A stretch of 64,000 bases of DNA from a virus, in IMG/VR virus record IMGVR_UViG_3300030419_006839, positions 40,852 through 104,851 of that record; one strand, given 5' to 3'. Positions 1 to 12,900 of this stretch are shown in pieces. The stretch's first letter is position 1, and the number at the start of each line of letters is the position of its first letter. The notes beneath the pieces were generated by a model that was given only the letters and a program-made list of their open reading frames with translations, made no database searches and had not been told where the DNA came from. The translations under genes were made by a program, and so were the position numbers.

Positions 1-27
1 GATACTGAGCATAATAGATTACGAACT

Positions 28-2142
28 ATGGAATTAACACATAGGAAAAACATAGAAATACAAGAAGCACAACTAGAAAACATTAAAGGAAACTTAGAAG
101 ACGGTAAAAAAGCATTTCAAGAGCTTAGGAAAGAAGGTTTTGTTGAAGAGGGGAGAGTTAATTATACCAAAATAGAAGGAATAGAAAGTGAAAAAGAAAG
201 ATATAAGGAAATAATGACATTGGCAGCAACGGCATATAATGCTATTGAAGAAATAGCAATTAAACATGATATTAAATTAAAAGAAATGTCTATAGAAAAT
301 GCGAAAGATCTTTTTAATATAGAAGTAGATTTATTTGAAAGGGCAGAACTTAAAAAGAGACATGAAATTGACATAACAAATAAAAAAAATGAAGATAGTA
401 TAAAACTATTAGAACTAGAGTTAGAACTTGGTAAGAAGTTTTCCGAAGGGAAACAGAAAGATTCTGAACAGTTAGAAATACTAATCAATAAACAAAACCG
501 ACAATTAGAAATAGAAGGAGAGATTTTAAATAACCTAATAGAAAGTGATGGTATATTAAGTGATACAGTGGCTAAACAAATACAATCTCTGCAGCATCTT
601 TCAAGAGAAAATGATTTACAAAGAAATATTTTAGAATTGCAATTAAAAAGAAACGAACAAGAAAGAATATATAATAATTTATTAGATGAATCATCTAATT
701 TCTTGAAAATGTCTGATTTGGAACGTAGAACTCAATTAACAAGACAAAGAATGACTCCTGGTGGTATGATTCCAAATCCATTACAAGAATATTCTAATAT
801 AAATGCTGAACTAATTAGAGCAGAAATGGAAAGATCAGTTCAACTTAGTATAATTAAGGATAAACATAAAGAGGATGATAAAAAAAGAGAACAAGAAACT
901 CTTAAAATAAATAATGAATTTAATATAAAAAGAAGTGAATTGGCCTTACAAGTAGAACAACAAGATTTAGAAAACTTTGAAAAAGTAAAAGACAACATAA
1001 CAACATTACTTGAAGATAAAATAAATAATCACTTTGAAGCAGCAGAAGCAGAGAAAGAATTAAATAGAGAAAAAAATGAAGCAATTGCAGAGATGGAAAG
1101 AGATCTATATAGAGAATTAAGAGACATACAAGAAGATTACACACTAACATTTAATGAGAGAATGAACAAATTAGAAAGTTTAGCTAGAGATAGTTCAGAA
1201 AGAAGATCTGAGATAGAAAAAGAAGCCGATGAAAAGAAAGAAGAATTTGATACAAATAATCTATTTAGTAGAGAAAGATTAGTTAATTATGGATCTTCAG
1301 TTGGTGGATCTCTTATTGCTTCAGCATCTATGCCATTGATAAGATCTCTAACTAGACCTACTGTTGAAGCTAATAGTGAGGGATTAGATGGTCGTTTAGG
1401 TAACTTAAGTAATACTGATTTTACAAACATGGGTAGTATTAGCGATATGTTTAAAAACTTATTTCTAGGAAAGGTAGAACAAGCAGAAGGTATTACTATA
1501 AACGAAATTCTTGAAAAAAACACTAATGCAATTGTAGATAACACTCAAGCACTATTGATTACAACAAATAATCAGAGAGGATATAAACAAGCGGAAAATT
1601 ACATTTTTGATAAACTTAGTGGGGGTCTACTAGGTGCTGGTAGTGCTGGTAGTAGTGAAATAGATAATAGTGGTAAGTTTAAAGAATCGGTGAAAAGTCT
1701 TCCCTCTTTAACTAATTTCACTAAGATTTTTAAGGATGTGGGTGCAAGTTCTATTTTTAGCGGTCTAGGAGGAATTCCTACAAGCCCTGTACTTAATAAT
1801 TTATGGGAAGATATATCAAAAGATATTTCAGTTCCAGAGACGATTTTTAGAAGTTTTCTTAGATTACTTGCTCCTTTCGACAACCCAACAAATGACAATA
1901 AACTCATGACTCAATATAAGCAACTTGGATCAGAGATGCAAAAAGCTCAAGAAAGATCTGCTGCTGACATGATAGGAATAAGTGCTGGAGCATTTACTGA
2001 AGCGTATGCACAAGCAGCATCAAATTCTGGACAAGGTGGAGTTCCAAATGTTACCATTAGTGGTGAATTTCGTTTAGATCAGGGAGCAATAAGGTTCTTT
2101 GAGGATGAGAGAAATAGATTATCCAAACGTGGTAATATTTAA
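28..2142 (+). CDS. Tail tape measure-like protein, C-terminal part (probably begins upstream of the window)
   Basis: Long E/K/L-rich coiled coil, then a Gly/Ser/Ala-rich end ('GGVPNVTISGEFRLD'); precedes tail genes; frame open from the window edge. Confidence 0.6.
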   Translation: MELTHRKNIEIQEAQLENIKGNLEDGKKAFQELRKEGFVEEGRVNYTKIEGIESEKERYKEIMTLAATAYNAIEEIAIKHDIKLKEMSIENAKDLFNIEVDLFERAELKKRHEIDITNKKNEDSIKLLELELELGKKFSEGKQKDSEQLEILINKQNRQLEIEGEILNNLIESDGILSDTVAKQIQSLQHLSRENDLQRNILELQLKRNEQERIYNNLLDESSNFLKMSDLERRTQLTRQRMTPGGMIPNPLQEYSNINAELIRAEMERSVQLSIIKDKHKEDDKKREQETLKINNEFNIKRSELALQVEQQDLENFEKVKDNITTLLEDKINNHFEAAEAEKELNREKNEAIAEMERDLYRELRDIQEDYTLTFNERMNKLESLARDSSERRSEIEKEADEKKEEFDTNNLFSRERLVNYGSSVGGSLIASASMPLIRSLTRPTVEANSEGLDGRLGNLSNTDFTNMGSISDMFKNLFLGKVEQAEGITINEILEKNTNAIVDNTQALLITTNNQRGYKQAENYIFDKLSGGLLGAGSAGSSEIDNSGKFKESVKSLPSLTNFTKIFKDVGASSIFSGLGGIPTSPVLNNLWEDISKDISVPETIFRSFLRLLAPFDNPTNDNKLMTQYKQLGSEMQKAQERSAADMIGISAGAFTEAYAQAASNSGQGGVPNVTISGEFRLDQGAIRFFEDERNRLSKRGNI

Positions 2143-2158
2143 TCATAGGAGGTAAATC

Positions 2159-2512
2159 ATGGAAGAAACACTGTTAACGACACTTACCGAATTAGGTAGT
2201 ACTGCATTTATTCAATTACTATTAGGTATTGTGATATACTTAGCAATAACAAAGTACCTTCCTAGAGTTGCCCAAGAACACAAAGAGCAAATAGAGAATC
2301 AAAGAACTGATTTCATGACACAACTAGATAAGCTTGAAAACAATAGACATGAAGCGGTAATAGCGTTTCAGAAAACAATTGATGATTTGGAGACAGCAGT
2401 AGAAAAGAATGAAAAATCTTTAGGTAAGTTGGTTTCTATTATAATCTCCACTCAAACTACTTCTGCAGAAGAAAGTCAAAAACTATTAGAAAAAGTTTTA
2501 AATGGAGATTAA
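2159..2512 (+). CDS. Holin-like membrane protein
   Basis: One N-terminal TM helix plus coiled coil; strong RBS AGGAGG. Confidence 0.4.
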   Translation: MEETLLTTLTELGSTAFIQLLLGIVIYLAITKYLPRVAQEHKEQIENQRTDFMTQLDKLENNRHEAVIAFQKTIDDLETAVEKNEKSLGKLVSIIISTQTTSAEESQKLLEKVLNGD

Positions 2513-2732
2513 TATGGAACCACATTACTTAGAGGAACTAAAACGTATAAATAAAAGATTAGATGATTTAGATAAAAAAATTGATGTCATGATGGAAAAC
2601 CATATATACCATTTATCTTTAGAGATAACAAAAATGCAAACATATTTTAAGGTATTAACTGGTTTTGTGGTTTTTTTACCACCTATAACAGTGACAGCAA
2701 TAAAAGTTTTTGAAGTTCTAACTCAGGGATAA
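2502..2732 (+). CDS. Small coiled-coil protein with C-terminal TM (XhlA/holin-like)
   Basis: RLDDLDKKID coiled coil followed by a hydrophobic helix; probable start at ATG 2514 after GGAG. Confidence 0.4.
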   Translation: MEINMEPHYLEELKRINKRLDDLDKKIDVMMENHIYHLSLEITKMQTYFKVLTGFVVFLPPITVTAIKVFEVLTQG

Positions 2733-2734
2733 AA

Positions 2735-3955
2735 ATGTCAATAACTTTTTTAGATGCCCTACAACAAGATATTAGGCCAAAATATTCTTTTTTTTTAGTG
2801 GAGAAGCCACCTTCCTATAAAAAAAATCCATACCCACCCATACATAATACAACAAATAACAACCCATTAAGAGTAACCAATATTTCTTCTAATTCTGTAG
2901 GTGGTATTAACTATGTAAAAATAACTACAGAATATGACCATCAAATGGAAGTTGGTGATGAAATATATATTTCTGGTTCTGGAGGATTTAATGGACACCA
3001 TACAGTCAAACAAGTATTGAATACTACAGTTTCAGTATTGGAAACTATATATTCTGGAAGTGATGAAAATCCTTCAAGTTGTACATGGAAGTTTTATTGG
3101 TATAAGTGGTCAGAAGACTTACAAAACACATCTTCTGATTTAGGTGGTTCACTAGAGAAAACAAGGAGAATAGATATTAGCAAATATGTACTTGAATGTA
3201 GAGATGTAAGTTTTGATTCAGAAGGAATTGTTCCACATACATATATGCATAGCTCTGTTGATATTAGGTTACTTAAAAATTTAAACAAAAACAAACAAAA
3301 AGAAGAAAGTTTTGACATAAGTAGAAGCGAAAATATATTTACAGAAATGAAATATAAATCGAGTGGATATGGAGCAAAAATATATTGCAATATAGAATTT
3401 GAATATTCAGATGGTACTTCAAAAAGTATAGAACCTTTCTTTATTGGTTTTGTTATAGATGCTAAAATGGGTGTAGATTATATTAACCTTACATTAGATA
3501 ATGGAACTTATGAAATAAAAGAGAAGGAAATAAGAGAGTTTGGAACCTATATACAAGACGTAATTCCTGTTAATAATAGATCTTCTAAAGGTGATGGGGT
3601 TACTTTTAAAACTAATATATTCCCTATTTCTAAAGGTTTTTTTGAAGCCTGGTTGTTTAAGAGAGCGGATAGAAAACCTGAGTTAAAAGATCTAGAACCA
3701 GATAGATTTTCTATAGAACCTAAATATTCAGGGTTTGATGTGTCAGACACTTACTGGAAAGAAGAAAAAAAGCCATATGAAAACATAAACGAAGGAGATG
3801 TAAAAATAGCTGATTTTGTAAGAAGATCAAATGTTTATGATTTAAGTAATGTTAGAGATAGAATGTTTAAAGTTAAAAGCAATCCAAGTGATGGTGATTA
3901 CTTCGGTGAATACAATAGAATAACTGATTATGAAGAACATAAGGTAGGGGGATAA
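2735..3955 (+). CDS. Putative tail/baseplate protein
   Basis: Beta-rich 'ITTEYDHQMEVGDEIYISGS..FNGHHTV' module common in phage tail proteins; lies between the tape measure and the giant tail gene. Confidence 0.45.
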   Translation: MSITFLDALQQDIRPKYSFFLVEKPPSYKKNPYPPIHNTTNNNPLRVTNISSNSVGGINYVKITTEYDHQMEVGDEIYISGSGGFNGHHTVKQVLNTTVSVLETIYSGSDENPSSCTWKFYWYKWSEDLQNTSSDLGGSLEKTRRIDISKYVLECRDVSFDSEGIVPHTYMHSSVDIRLLKNLNKNKQKEESFDISRSENIFTEMKYKSSGYGAKIYCNIEFEYSDGTSKSIEPFFIGFVIDAKMGVDYINLTLDNGTYEIKEKEIREFGTYIQDVIPVNNRSSKGDGVTFKTNIFPISKGFFEAWLFKRADRKPELKDLEPDRFSIEPKYSGFDVSDTYWKEEKKPYENINEGDVKIADFVRRSNVYDLSNVRDRMFKVKSNPSDGDYFGEYNRITDYEEHKVGG

Positions 3956-3957
3956 TA

Positions 3958-6900
3958 ATGGCTAAGATACCAGACAAGGAAATTAGAGAGAATTGGAGTC
4001 TTCCTAATTTGTATGAAGATGAAAATGGAAATCAAAAAACTAAACTAAAAGAACAGGAATCCATCTCTCACTACAACTTCAATCCTTATGGTGCTAAAGT
4101 TAATTATGACACTGGTGAAATAAATTTAGCATTTGATAATAATGCATCATCTTTATTTAATGATTTTATTCAAGCAAACTATATATTTTCACCAAGATAC
4201 CAAAGTCCTCACTCTTTAGTTAAAGATTTATTTAAAAATATAAATTCTCCAATAGTTAAAGATGAGAATTTTGAAGAAATAATTCTAAAAAACAAAGAAA
4301 AAACATGGACAAGTTTGGGTAAGGTTTCATATTTAGATAAAAACACTTATCCAAATTGTCTTTTACTTGTAGAAGGTACATTTTCTAATGTAGATAATTC
4401 AAACTCAACTGAAGTAAAAAAACTATATATAGCCTTTGGAGATCAGCTATTTTCTCAAGATTTAATTACAGGTGACTTAAAGTTAGAGTGTAGGGTTTGG
4501 GGTAATATTTATGGTTTAGAAAAAGATACTTATGGAAATGTATTTATAATTTCCAGTTTAAACGATGAGTGTAGAACTAATGTATCAGATGATAACTCAT
4601 TTAATACGGATGATAATACAAACCCTGCTGGATTGGGTATCGTAAACATTTACAAGTGGTGCTTTGATAAAAATAGTTTTCCAAATGTTGAAAATAGATT
4701 AGATTACAATAAAAAACTTAAAAGAATATTAACAACTTATTATAATGGTAGAACTGATTTTGGTAGCTTAAGTGATTTAGGTTTTTTATACAATAACTAT
4801 TCTCCCTATCAAGGAAAGATAGACGAAGATAATTGTAATTTAGCAAAAACCACAGTAGGATTCTTTAAAGACAATGTTATAAATTGTGGTCAATATTTTT
4901 TCCCTTGTCAGTCTTATGAATACTTGCCTAAACAAGTTAGCTATGATGGTGGCCCTACATCTACAAAAATTACAAATACATATGTTGAACTAGAGAAACT
5001 TGATTCAAAAGTCGTGGAAACAAAAATAGGGGGAAAAGAAATTGAACTTAATATATGGAATGCCCTTAAAGCTGCATGGAATGGAGAAGATCCAGAATCA
5101 ATTATAAAAGAAAAAGATTACAAAGAAATTGAAAAAATCATTAAAGAAAACACTAATACAACGAGATTAGAACTACCTAGTATTATTGGTATGCCAAATC
5201 AAGGTTTTTCATGGTTTGAGGATTTTTTGTACATACCCTTCGATAAAGGAAGTGTTTTTGGGTTGATGAGAATACCAACACCACAAGTAATTTTTAGTGA
5301 TTCAGTTTTAGATACCTTAAAACTACCAAAACCCTTCATAAAAGGAAACACTAATTCTTCTATTTCCAATTGTGATGATGATTTTATAAGTGTTTCAGAT
5401 GTTCCAAACTATACATCATATTTTAACATGTTACATACTGGAATTACTTGGTTGTCAAGTAGGGGTTTTGATGGAAAAAACTGTGGGTTATTTTCAAGAA
5501 CAAACCTAGAGGTAATAAATAAAAACTTAAGAGAAGGGGGAGATGGAGCAGGAGATAAATACAGTGATACTTACAGTGATGCAGATAAAAAGACACAAAC
5601 TAAATCTGTAAATGAACATGAAAATACAACCTTGAGTGGTAACAATTTAACTAGATTTTATGGAAATAGATACCATAATAAAAACATGGCAGCAGGTAAG
5701 ATAACTGAATTTTATGGTGATCAATCAAGTAATTCATATAGTGGTAAGATAGTTGAACATTCAAATTTAATCGGTGGTGGTTTCAAACCATCTTCAACAA
5801 AAAACTATTATTCATTTATTATAGATACTGAAAATGTTCCAAAAAGAGGAGAATCTGGTTCAACAGATTTATCTTTAGCACCAACTGGATGGACAGTTCC
5901 AGCCAATATTATTCACATTTCTAAACCTGTTGGAATTAATCCATCCTCAATAAGAAAACCACTAACTCACAAACTTGAAACTTTCATATACGATAGCACA
6001 TTGCAAGAATTGACTAATGAGATGGTTGATGTTTTACTAACATATAATAAATCCACTAGTAGTGTTGTACCTGTAAACTATATACTACAAGCCGAAGATA
6101 GTAGTATAAACACACAAACAAGTAAACCAAACAAATTCGGGGCTAAAACGAAGGAAAGATTTTGGAACATGAGGACTTCAGAAATAACACCTAGTAACGA
6201 CATTCTATCATATGTTAAAAGAGGTAGTGAATCATCAGATCCATTTTTAATTGGTAGTGCTAATGAGTTTTCAACCTCTTGGGGATTAGGTGGTGGTGTT
6301 CAATATGGTAGATCAGATGGTTCTCATTACTACCAAATACACAGGACAATAATTGGTAAAAAAACTAGTACTGATATACATACCAGGACAACGGGAATTA
6401 AACATACTAAGAGGTTTGTATTAAACAATACTAGAAATGGTAATTATGAATATTTTGATAGTAGTGGAACTAAACAAAACAATAGTGAATCAGGTGGAGC
6501 ATTAACCTCTGTATACACAAATAGTGGTAGTGAATTAAATTTTGATAATAGCCAATACAATGGTGCAGAATTCTTTTGTATTAATTCATCCAATAATTCT
6601 GCTGATATTTCTTTAGAAAGGTCAACACCTAGAGAAGTGGATTCAAGCGATAGAAATAACTTAAAACTAAATGATAATCAAATATTTTTTAACTTACCTA
6701 ATCCAATACACTGGGGTGATGTTGGTAGTATTATTATACATAAAAACAGATTATACTTTACTGTATTTGATTATAAATCAACAGAGCCTCATCAAAGTTG
6801 GGAAAATTCCGATAGGGTTGACATGGAGGTTTCTGGAAAACCAGCAGTAGGATATGAATTAGAAGCAGGTATTTATTGTCTAAACATATCAGTAGATTCT

Positions 6901-9900
6901 GCAGATAGTCACGGATCTTCAGGTTTCAGCAAAACTAACAATTGTACAAAATTCACCAATAAAGTTAATGAAACTATAAAGAAATTATCCAATGATGACC
7001 AATATTACAGCAATAATCTAAATCCCATCTTGGAAAACATTCCACACACAACAACAGAAAATCAAGCATCTGGTGGTAGTCAATCTTTAGATTCTGGATC
7101 TGGTTCTAGTAACTATCAAGGAACATCAACAAGTAGTGAACTTAATTATTTTAAACCTGATGAACAATACGATGCGTCTGGTAGTATGCCGATAACTGAA
7201 ATAAATCCAGATTTTACTTCTAGTCCAGTTAATAAAAACCCCAAAGATTTCCCTCCAATACAATTTCTTTTAGATCCTTCAAAAGATTCAAGACAAGTTA
7301 GATTGAAAAGAATTTCACATAGTAGCTATCGTGGAGAGTATGTTGAGAAAATGTCTTTAAATAGAGTTTTTTCCGATGGTGGAAAGAAAAGACGGCAATT
7401 AGAAGTTAGTCAATACTCCTCACCTAGATCTCCATTTGTTTCTGGAGATAAGGTTATATATTTAGCTGGAAATGAATTTTGGAGAGGTAGTTTGTTTAGT
7501 AGTAATGTTAGATTTAATCCATACTCTATGGATGGTAAAATGCTAATATTGGATTGTAAGAATACATCTAAAGAAAACATATTTTTTGGCAAAGCATCTC
7601 CTATAGATGAATTTACAAACTATGTAAATGCTAAAGGAAATAATGATGCCATGAAAGGTTTTTCATCAAACTCAGTAACAGATAGTTCTGGAAATACATA
7701 TGTTGTTTCTGGGAAAGATGCTTTACACCTACTAAGTTTTAGTGATGTACCTAAACCAAAACAAAATAGCTCAGGTAGTTTTAAACGTAAAAATAGTGGA
7801 TATATGTTAACTTTGATTGATGGTAAGTTAGAACTATCAACTCAAGCAAATAGAGATTTCTTATCGAAAACAATAAACTATAATGAAGAATTAATAACTG
7901 ATGGTAATAATTTCTTTAATTTTTCAATATTAAAGTATGGAAACGAACTATCTACAAAAATACCACTAATTGATACTAATAAAGAAAATTACTATGGCAT
8001 TATTTCTAAATTAGCAAGTTTAGTTGATGCTGAATTTGGTATAGAAAATCAAGAACCATACTTTAGAAATAAAGATTCAAATATGCTACTGTCTTCAGAT
8101 TTTGGTACATCATTAACACCAAGAGGTGGGCCATTAGATACAGACAACTCAATACTGAATAAATTCCTATTGGATTCAGAATATACATTTTGGTATGTAA
8201 ATGGTGAAATAGTCTCTGTCTATAATCAAGCATACAATGGATCTTCAACAAATAAGATAGTTGAAAGAGGGTTATTAGGTACAGAAGTAAAAGAACATGG
8301 ACAAAACCAAATAGTTTATAGAATGAAACTATATGCAGATGATAAGAATCTCATAAGTATAAATAACTACAGTAAAGATTATGATAATATATATAATGAA
8401 GTTAGAGTTGATTTTAACAGTAAAGAGGGTTTTCAAGATTCTATTGTTGTCTCTACAAACAATGAAAGTTCATCATATGATCGTACTTTTAATTATTCTG
8501 CTCCATTTATAACTGAAGGTTCTTGGGCTAAGGGAATTGCATATAGGCTTTTAAATAGACTTTCAAAAGAAAAATATTTAATTGACATGTCTATAAGGAT
8601 TAACCCTGAATTAAAAAATGCAGATTTTATAGTAGTTAATTGTGGTGAGTATAATATTAGTAATAAGCTTTTTCAGATAAAATCAGTATCACACAACTTA
8701 ACGGAACATATCACAAATATAAGTGCAATTTCCGTAGAAGAACCCACACTTAGTCTATCGTATTATAATGGTAGTAGTTTTGTTGCATATAACGATGGAA
8801 TAGATGCTGGATCAAATAAAATAGCTGGAAACGATGAGACTTTAATAATTAAACTAACAAATGAAGGAAATTATGATTTAAATATCAGTGATATTTTTAT
8901 TGATGACATAAGTTTTAAAGTTTTTAGATATGTGAATGGGGTAAAGAGTAAGGAAATAGAAAGAAATGATTCTGATTCTGGGTTTAAAGTTGGATCAGAA
9001 AAAGACTTAACCATACCTGTTGGCTCTAGTAAAGAGTTTTATATAAGTTTTATCTTACCACAAGAAAGTAATTTCTTTAGGGAATTAAGTATAGTTTCTA
9101 ATTTAGAAAAAAATCCCATTAGCCACTTCTCTATTTTTGGATCAATTAAATCTATAAGTCTAGATGTAGAAGGTGATTTAAGTTTTGGAAACATAAACAA
9201 TAACCAACCTAAATCAAAAAGAATTGTTGTTAAAAATAAGGGAGTTAATGAAATTAAATTAACCAATCTAGAAATTAAGTCTGGGAAGCAAGGAACAATT
9301 TTAAACAGTTTAGATGGATTTTCTTTCAACAAGATAAATATAAGTAACAATCAATCAACATCAATAAACACATCTAATGTAAACATTACATTAAAAGGAG
9401 AGGATAGTGGTAGTGGAGAAGATTTCACAATAATTGAAGTTGTTTTTGACCCTAGTGAAACTGTTAGGAATGGAAGATATAGAGTGGATAAAACTGGAAT
9501 TGAAGGAAATATAAAATTATTTATAGATGCAGAAACTACTGGTGGTACTAGTACCACATTAGCTTCAAGTTTAAACAGTACATCTCAACAAATAACCCTT
9601 ACAGATTCCAGTGGGTTTGATGTTGGTGATAACATAATGATAGATACAATTGAAATGGAAATAGTAGGTAAAAGTGGAAATACAATTTCAGTGGACTCTA
9701 GAGATAAACACAATGATAGTATACAAACCATACCAAAATCTTACAATTCTGGTACAAGTGTAATTAACCTAAAAAATACAGTTTCTACAAAAAGGATAAA
9801 TTATAGTGGTAAAATAAATAGTATACCAGTAAGTGCTAGAATACATGCCAATAGAATAAAACTATATGGCTTAGACAATTTAGAACTTCCAAAACAAGAT

Positions 9901-12900
9901 GGAAAGTATTTATTAGATAATCAAATCACTAGAAATAGGTTTTCAGCAAAACTAAAAAGTATAAAAAACCAACTAAAAACAAACAATTCAAATGCAAATA
10001 AAATTAAGATAGAAGAAGGAAGAGTTTATATTGGAACAGATAGTGGATACCAAACTGGAACTACTGTTCCTCTTTTTGTTTCAGATAGTTCAAATTTACA
10101 ATACAATCATGATTGGGAATCTAAAACATATAAAGTTAAAGTAAACTTAACAGATAATGATCAGAAAAACTTCAAATTACTATTACATTTAGATAAAGAA
10201 AACAGTGGCAATAGACATATTACTTTAAATAAATATGAAATAAGCAATTCAACAAATACACTTTTAGCTAGACAAAGAAGAAATTTAGAAAATTATACTT
10301 TTACTAATGTAGATGAAGATGGTCATATTGTTCTTAACTATATTTTCGCTCGTACAGATAATGAAAATCTAAACTTAGAAGAAAGACATAATTCTTTATT
10401 TCATCAAGATAGCGACACAACAGCGGTAGTGTCAGGTAAAGAATATGTAATATATCATTTAGGTAGTGGAACAGATGCAGAAAAAGAAACTAGATGGCAA
10501 AATGTCGGATTTGATGGAGTACCTTTTGAAGGAGCATACTTTACTGCAAACACAACAACAACGATGACTGATGACGCTAAAGTAACTGAATCTTTTATAA
10601 ATATATCATTGAATTTACTACATTTAAGTGTAGATACATATGACTCTAAAAACAATTCTCTAACTACGGTTGTTGATGGTTATGCAATAAATCAATGGAG
10701 AAAGGCATTATCAATAGATATTAAAACTGAAACAGTCTTCACTCTTGATAGATTGTCTGCAATGAATGTTGGAGACAAGTTTGCAATAATAACAGAAACT
10801 GAAAATATAGATGGGGATGTTTCAAATTATTCTAAAGAAGGATTTGATTCATCAAACAACAATCAAAAAACAGATGCAAGTATTAAGTCATGGCAATCAG
10901 GTTTACCATTAAGCTATGGAGGTAGTGGTAATGTTAGGTATATTATGGTTAATCTTCAAGACCATAAATTTAAGGCTGGAGAACAATTACTTATATATTC
11001 GTCAAATGGTGGTAAGTTTGATGGTGTTCATGATATACATAGTGTTTCCCCTGATATAATAAATTTGTATGGAGATAGTGCACTAAGTCCTAGTAGTGGT
11101 AATTTAAATGACGTATTGGATACTAATGTTAGAGTTACTAAGGTACATACAATAGATAGGATAATTAATCAAAACTCATTTGTTGTTAAAGATTTAGGTA
11201 GAGAAGATAGTACATCAGAAATAACATTACGAAATACAGTAAACGAACTTAGTACTCCAAATAAAGATTGCAACATTGTCTTATTAAATGACTTTACTAA
11301 ACAGGAAGGAATTATAATAAGAAATGAACCTGATATAATTACTGGTACAGTTGTAGGAGAAATATCAGAATTAGGTGATTATTTTATAAAAATAAGAATA
11401 GATGAAGATGAGGAGCTATTTCCAGGTGGTGTAGACCTAACAGAAGAAAACTGCATAAAGTTTATAGGTGATTCAAATAGTTTGTTTGATGGATATTTTA
11501 AATATCAAACTCCAATACCTATAGACAAAGATACTTTTAAAATTAAACTACCCAAACTATCCTTATTGAATGTGGCGTATTCTACAAGTCAAAAAAAGTA
11601 CTATGCTATCTGTAAAACGACAAAAAAAATAGACACCTTAAAAACTACAGACGGAGATGAAAGTACTAATAGGGAATATAATCCATATGGTCTTAAAAAC
11701 ATAATACCATTTAATGAAGGAGATACGGTTTCGATAGAAGGAACCTCAAACGAAGAATACGATAATATAAAATCAATTAAAATAAATAAAATACATGACG
11801 AAATTGGATTATTAACAGATGGTGTAATGGAATCTTTTGGTGGTAAAAGTGGAGAAAAAACTTTTTATGTTGAACTTGATTTACCACTAGATACGTACAG
11901 TAAAACACAGGCACGTACTCAGATTACACAATTATCTTCAAGTGTGGGCAGTACTTCAGCAACAACTTTCTCTGTTGATGATGCAAGTAACATTAGTCAG
12001 TATGACATTTTATTTTTCTCTTCTAGTATTTTTAATGAAGTTGAAGAAATAGTTAGAGTAACCAATATTAGTAGTAATGAAATTACTGTTGAAAGAGGAA
12101 TTGATGGATCTACAGCAGAAACCCATAATAGTGGTGATAAACTTTTCAAATTTGATAACATAATTAGTAAAGGATTTTTGCAAAAAAAATCTCCACATAA
12201 CGGAACTAAACTTAATTTCGTTTTAGAAGCTAGTAATAAGCAATATGGATTAAAGTTTTCAACCAACACTAGTAAGAATTATGATTCTAATCTTGCAACT
12301 TCTTTTTCAAGTTCTCAAGATACCTTCTCTGATGGTATTGGTATAAAAAGAGCTAAAATACTTAGTAGTGAAAGAGATAATAGCAAAATAAGGATTTGGT
12401 TTGATGTAGATACTTACCCTACAACACAACTACAATCTTCAATCACTAATTCACAAAACAACATTAAAGTAGGAAATACTGACCATATTAGTGAAGGTGA
12501 GATTATAAAAATTGATAATGAAGAAATGAGAGTAACCTCAGTTAGTAGTAATACCCTACTAATGGTTAAAAGAGCAGTAAATAGTACATCAGCAGCAACG
12601 CACCAAACATCCTCAACTGTTTCTAATGTTTTTGATTCTATATTTTCTGTTGGTGAAAATATAATAATTTACGATACAGATAATCAAGATTCTCATGGAA
12701 CTTGGAGTATTAGTGGTACAGATGGTTTCAACTACATTGAAGTAACTCTTGGAACTGGTGATAGTAGTTTTGTAATTAACAGAGGATTTATAGCAACGAC
12801 AAAACAAAATTTAGAATCGTCAAGTATTATTAAGTCATTTGATTCTATCAGTTTACCAAAAAAGACAAGTTCTACTAGTGGTGATAATATATGCAGACCT